A stretch of DNA of 64,000 bases from the human T2T-CHM13v2.0 reference genome, Homo sapiens: the NCBI RefSeq assembly GCF_009914755.1, contig NC_060936.1. One strand, 5' to 3'. Each line of letters begins with the position of its first letter. The stretch's first letter is position 1. Of this stretch, positions 57,560 to 64,000 are shown in pieces. The position numbers and the translations under genes are program-made. The notes beneath the pieces were generated by a model. The model saw only the letters and a program-made list of their open reading frames with translations, had not been told where the DNA came from and ran no database searches.

Positions 57560-59769
57560 GGAGCTACTACTACTCAATTCAATTCTGACTGACTGATGCT
57601 CTGTGGGAATTCAAGCGCAAGGTGACCAATCTTATGTTTTGCAAGTGATGTCGGAAACTGGGATTTTATGTAAAATCTCTATTTCAATTATGTAGGAAAA
57701 CAAAACAAAAAGAGAACTATAACTGCAAGTCAGGTTTGACCTATGAAATGGTAGTTTAGGACTTCTGACCTAGATCATCTGTGTGGTCAATTGCCAAATA
57801 ATGACATTTTAAAATCACAGCGTCCATAAAGTCTTTTTACCATAGAAGAGACTATGATGCGTGCCACATTAATGTGAGCAGTATACATGTTTGTGTATAG
57901 TGCATATACACAGGAAACTAAAAAAATCATTCATCCATCCATCTTGTTTCTTCTCTGAATTGAAACCTTTTTGATAGATTCATTTCTTCTTTACTTGGTG
58001 AGGTAATTATAAAGAGCTGCACTATTTGCGTTAGATTTTCCTAGAGAAGAAACCCTGCTGTAAAATTTTTAAAAACACATAGAAGTTGTATGACCATGAA
58101 CAACATTATTTAACCTAAGTCTCCATTTTCTCTCTTGTTATATGTCATACCCATGTCTCATGGTTGTCATGAAAATCAAGTGAAATATGACTTTATGAAG
58201 CTCTAACATGTATGAATGCTCAATGTATGTTAGGCTTCATATTTTGTTAGAATTAAGTCTAACACAATACATTACAATACAGTATGATTCAAAATAAAAG
58301 GTCATTTAAAACAGAGCAAATGGAGTTAGATTGAATTTCCAAACCTCAAAAGCAACAATCCAAAGTTGATTTCTTATATAGGTTCATAAAACCACAATAT
58401 CGCTGGGCCCTGTGAACTGCTGTGTTTTGTGTAACACGTCCTTAGATTTATAAAGCATTAAATAAGAAAAGTAACCCTTTGGGTTATAAAAAATGAGGAT
58501 CAAGAATTAAGCAACATACCTTGACTGAAATTAACTTTTATTATATGCATGTAATTATAACCCTCAACAATTCACAATAAACACCTGACAAGATTGCTAA
58601 AACTCCTCACGAAATGGAATATATAAGATAAAATTCTTTCATTCCTATCGGACTCAGTGGTGCTTGAGAAAACAGAACAGAGAGTCTGGGTTAAGGAATA
58701 GTTCAAGCAAATGATATTTCTTTATTATTTTCCCAAGTAAAATATAGACTGAAGTAATATTAATAAATGATACGTACTTTCCAATGAAAGAAACAGGGAA
58801 CACTTTGGTTCAAAAGAATTGTTGATAATGATAAGGATGCATATTGGAATCAAAGTGCAGGAAAGCACAAAGCAACCAGCTTTTTGATGTATTATTTATA
58901 GTGAGATTTTCACCCTGGGTTGGAAAAGTGCCTTAGCAACAGCATCTTGAATCTCTTTCTCATTATCTCTAACATGTCATGTGGGGTAAGATGGTTTAAA
59001 TGCCTAATAGGAATATTTGCAAATCACTTTGAACATACTGCTTGCTCTCTTTCTCTGTTTCTCTGTCTTTGCTAGTGATGCTAATTAACACCCAAAAACC
59101 TTCCCTAACGTTTAAATAGCATGTACAGGAGATATTATCTCATACTGAGTCCACAAACGGGGACAACCTTCCTTGTCCTTTATGTATTTCTGTAATCGCA
59201 ACACAGGCCACTCCAGACTTTCCATATTAGATAAATTTAGGGCTGGAATCTGCAATCTGGTGGGAAGATGGTGCAAGGGGAACTGTGAGCTGAGCTTGCA
59301 TAGCAGGGTTTGTTTGTTTTGTTCAGATCTGCTGTATTTTTTAAAATAAATTCAAGAAAGGCATTCATAGCAAACTGACAAGCAGGGCGAGAGGGCAGGG
59401 ATGCTCAGTGAGATTATGGGAGAGTTAAAGCTCCTTCACTTCCAGCCTAAACTACTCTTTGGAGCTGCCTGAAAATCATAGCCTCATGGTTGGGATCCAA
59501 AACAGATTAACCCTTTCACTAAGCGCTGCTCCATAACAAATACTTTATCATAAAGCTTCAATGTATCTGTTATGTTTTTTCAGAATAGGCTAGGTCAGTA
59601 TGGTGACCTTTATTTAGGGGTGTGCCAATGAAGGAGTTAACTCTTACATTTTATGTTAATAATGGGAACAGTAATATAATGGATCCCAGAAAAAGAACTG
59701 TTCAAAAGTAATTTATTAAGATAATTATATTGGCACATATGTGTTTGTAATGCTTTAATGATAGTTTTT

Positions 59770-60270
59770 GGTGAGATAGACTGTTGCTACACAATAATTT
59801 TTATTCCTTAACAAAACAACTAATATTTGATGTGGCAAGGTGCTTAGCTAAAAGTTCACATTTCTACTTCCTTTGCAGCTTGATGTGGCCATGTGATTAA
59901 ATTTCAACCAATGATATGAAAAATTGTTGGGTGAGTCTTCTTGAAAGGCTTCTTAAGTGGGGCTAGAGAGTGGATGTTCCTTTTCTATTTCCCTTCCCCA
60001 CCTCCTCCTGTTTTCTGTTGGAATGAAGATGTGATGGCTGGAGTTCCAGCTGCTGTCTTGGACCTGAGGCTATCTAAATGATGAAAACCACAAATTAGGA
60101 TAGTGGAAAAGAAAGACAAAAAGGAATCTTCTGCCTCCTTGTTGATTGTCACTCTCCCCTACTGGACCTGGCATGCCTCCTTCTAGAATTATCTTACATT
60201 CAAGAAAAATAACTTCCATTCTGTTTAAGCCACAGTTTATTACAGTCTGTGTTACTAGCAGCCAAATATA
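59770..60270 (+). mobile_element. Old MLT1 LTR
   Basis: gtggccatgtgattaaattt...gatgtgatggctggagttccagc...tttaagccac...tctgtgttactagcagcc. Confidence 0.6.
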
Positions 60271-61447
60271 TTTTGTAAGTGAGGCACCTTGTTTTACCAA
60301 GACTGTTAAGTAAAAATATCCTTCATCATACAGTTCATTGGTTCATAGAGTGAAATCTTTCATAGCAGGTTAGTACAACAGGGATGCTGTGTTACCAAAT
60401 TCATTTGATTCCTAAATTTTAGATTGCAATTAGTGAGAATTTGAGCAGCAAAGGACACATATAGTTTTAAAGTTGAAATTACAGCAAATTAATCTACATT
60501 CTTTGCATGTAACTAGATAGTGGCAAAGTTTCCTATAAGTTTGCTAAATAGAGAAGCAAATCAGCTGAGACCTGAAAATATTCCTTTGCATAAAAGCAGC
60601 TAAATATGCCTTGGTTATCAGATTTAGAAATACTGTATATCTTTCAGCATGTATTTCTTTATTCTTAAAACTTTAATGAGATTCACTACTACAGTAAATG
60701 AAAACATTGTAAGAGATACATATATCTTCTGAATTTCAGCATTTTTATTAAATATTGACTCATCCCAAGGTTATATAAAAATCCAAAAAGTATTCACCAT
60801 CTGCAAAAAAAAAAAGTTTAAGATTCTATCTGTTGAGTAGCTTTGCTAAACAGCTGAATAGTACTGTGAACAGACATCAATAGTCTCTGAATTTATGATG
60901 TAATCTTACAATTCTGGTTTCTACTTCATTCTTTGTTACCTACAGGCCTAGACTTGACACTATTCTCTCTTAAATGAGTTCTCAGAGACAGCGCCTAAAA
61001 GAGAAAACCCTCGGGAACAATTTCTCTCTGGCCTTTCATTTCAGTTGTGTTTGACCTGTTGTCAATGGAGAATCAAGCTTGTTAGAGGATTGGGTGGGCT
61101 GGGATCAAGGAATCCACAGAAGCATGGAGCTTGACCCACCTTTTCTTTCTGTTCTTTCTCTTTACTCACTGCAATGCAGCACATTTTACTACAATTAATG
61201 TGCACCTTGTAGAGAAAGGAAAGTGAAGGATATATTTACATACTAGTGAGAGAAATGTCAAATTCTTGTTTTTGTGCTGTTCAATTATCAGGTTAGCAAA
61301 GGTTTCACAAGTTAACCGTACTCTTCCAGGTTCTTGTTTCTGCTCCCGGGTCCACACTAGCCCTTGCACTTGGCAATTTTGATCAATCTTATTAAGCCAG
61401 TTGACTTTGATCCTATACTAGGCTGGGCTCTTTTTAAGAGAAGCCGA

Positions 61448-61743
61448 GGTCGGGTGCGGTGGCTCATGCCTGTAATCGCAGGACTTTTGAGGCTGAGGAG
61501 GGAGGATTACTTGAGGGAAGGAGTTCGAGACCAGCCTGGGCAACAAAGTGAGGCCTCCCACTCCCCATCTCTACAAAAAGTACAAAAAAAAAAAAAAAAA
61601 GTAGCCTGTAGTCCCAGATACTTGGGAGGCTGAGGTGGGAGGATTGCTTGAGCCCAGGAGTTCAAGGCTGCAGTGAGCTACGATCATGTGCACTATACTC
61701 CAGCCTGGGCAACAGAGTGAGACCCTGTCTCCAAAAAAAAAAA
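61448..61743 (+). mobile_element. AluJ
   Basis: Diverged Alu with expanded middle A tract. Confidence 0.88.
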
Positions 61744-61852
61744 GCAGCAGCAGCACCAGCAGCAGCTGAGTCTGCCACTCAAGTTTCCAGATTAGATTTT
61801 CCCTTCAGGCTCCCAAGAGCACTTTTCTGTTTGGATTCCTCTGACTCACTGA

Positions 61853-62250
<398 letters not shown>

Positions 62251-63460
62251 CCTGAACTGGTTTTCTTTCTTACCTTTCAAATCCTGAACTATTTTTCCCT
62301 CCCTTTCTCTGAGATAACATTACAGTTTATTTCTTCACACAGTGTGCCAGCCTACATGAGTCTCATCAGTTCATTTCCCTAGGCAGTGTTTTCTACACTC
62401 TCAAAGAAGCTCATTTCAAGGCCCTTCCTTACTCAGTGACTGTTGTTTCCTCGTGAACTGTTCTTTCACAAACAATAGCACAGGTCTAGCTAAATCACAG
62501 TTCACTTTCCCTGGCTCTAGTAGGTAACCTGCAATTCACTTTAGCCTCAATTTTGTTTCATTTTAAACTCTGTTTTTCCCTCCTCCCTTCCTTTTTTTCC
62601 CTCCCTCCCTCACTTTCTTTTACAACCATTGTCAGTGCCCTGATATTTCCTATTTATTCTAGCTCATTAACAGTGAAGTGGGATAGAGGGCAAAGATCCC
62701 TAGTAGATTTTCAGGTATATTCATACTGTGACAGCACAGCTTAGATGTTTATAATGGAGATGGACTAACGTGTTGAAAAGGACACAGACCTTTCTGTTCT
62801 ACAGCTCTGGTCTGGAACAGGAATATGTTTGAAATTATATGTAATTTTCATTAAAAAAATACAACTCTAAGTAAGCTGAATTGCACTTTGAGGAATTTAA
62901 AGTTTGAGTACACATCAGAGAAGCAGTGTTTCCCCTATGGAAAAAGCTCACTTCCACGACTGCCTACTTGTGTGATGTTGAATGGGAGATGGTCAAAGGG
63001 AGAAAGAAGGGACCACAGCAGCAGGGTCATCTTTGAACAACAGTATTATCCCAGAATTGGTTTTGGTGTTTCATCTTTGCTGGGCTCTTTCTTTCTATTC
63101 TCTTCCCTACCATCCTTCTAACATCATAGCATATTTGTGACTTTCTCCCCACTGGCTTCTCTAGATGTTATCTCACCTAACCCTGCTCGTCCTGGCCCTC
63201 TGTTCTGGGCTGCATCTTTCCTTTCTCCTAGCACAGCTAACTTGTCCAGACTCTCGCTTGTTCAGAATACTTGCCAGGTAACTGGAAGCCAATCTGGTAA
63301 ACTAATTCACCACGAGGAGCTCATTCACTGATTCATCAAACATTTATTGAGCACTGCAGCTCCTGTGGAGGTGTGAATGGCTGACCAAGGCTGTTCTGCT
63401 GCATTACCAGTGTACAATGCAGCAACCTTGGGTTTTGGGGTCAGACAGTCCTGGGTTTGA

Positions 63461-63776
<316 letters not shown>

Positions 63777-64000
63777 TGAATCTTACCCTGTCACTTGCCA
63801 GATGTGTCGTCTAGGAAAAATTCCTTAATCTTTCCAGACGTCTCACTTTCCTCATCTGTAAACTGGGGACAATAATAACATCTTGCAGGTGATGTTGGGT
63901 TTTAAGGACAAGTATATTCAGTGGCTAGCTCCTAGTCAATGTTAAGTAAATAGTTCTTGTTATTATATTATTGGTTATCTTTCTCATTTATCATTTATGG

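Overview
Human genomic DNA (chr12q12, recognised from the encoded proteins) containing three genes. (1) The 5' part of PUS7L on the minus strand: probable non-coding exon 1 near 7.43-7.49 kb and a 926-nt exon 2 at 3037-3962. (2) The complete IRAK4 gene on the plus strand, head-to-head with PUS7L on a shared CpG-island promoter; 11 coding exons from 16828 to 35438 sum to 1383 nt (460 aa). (3) The complete TWF1 (twinfilin-1) gene on the minus strand, tail-to-tail with IRAK4; 9 coding exons sum to 1053 nt (350 aa), plus a 21-nt alternative microexon. The rest is intronic or intergenic and rich in Alu, L1, L2, MIR, MaLR LTR and DNA transposon relics. The haplotype appears to carry IRAK4 Ala428Thr and PUS7L Lys264Glu. 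I see no evidence for a new protein-coding gene or new biological system. The most unusual items are: a near-perfect 93-bp VNTR between IRAK4 and TWF1, built from an Alu-head/MLT1-tail junction, ending in a perfect 24-bp palindrome and carrying 8 bipartite QKI-type elements on the TWF1 strand; a near full-length HSMAR2 mariner in IRAK4 intron 1; an inverted Alu pair in the long IRAK4 3'UTR; a stop-start uORF cluster in the PUS7L leader; and a frame-preserving 114-nt candidate exon in TWF1 intron 1. Repeat subfamily names and variant identifiers are from memory and were not checked against a database.
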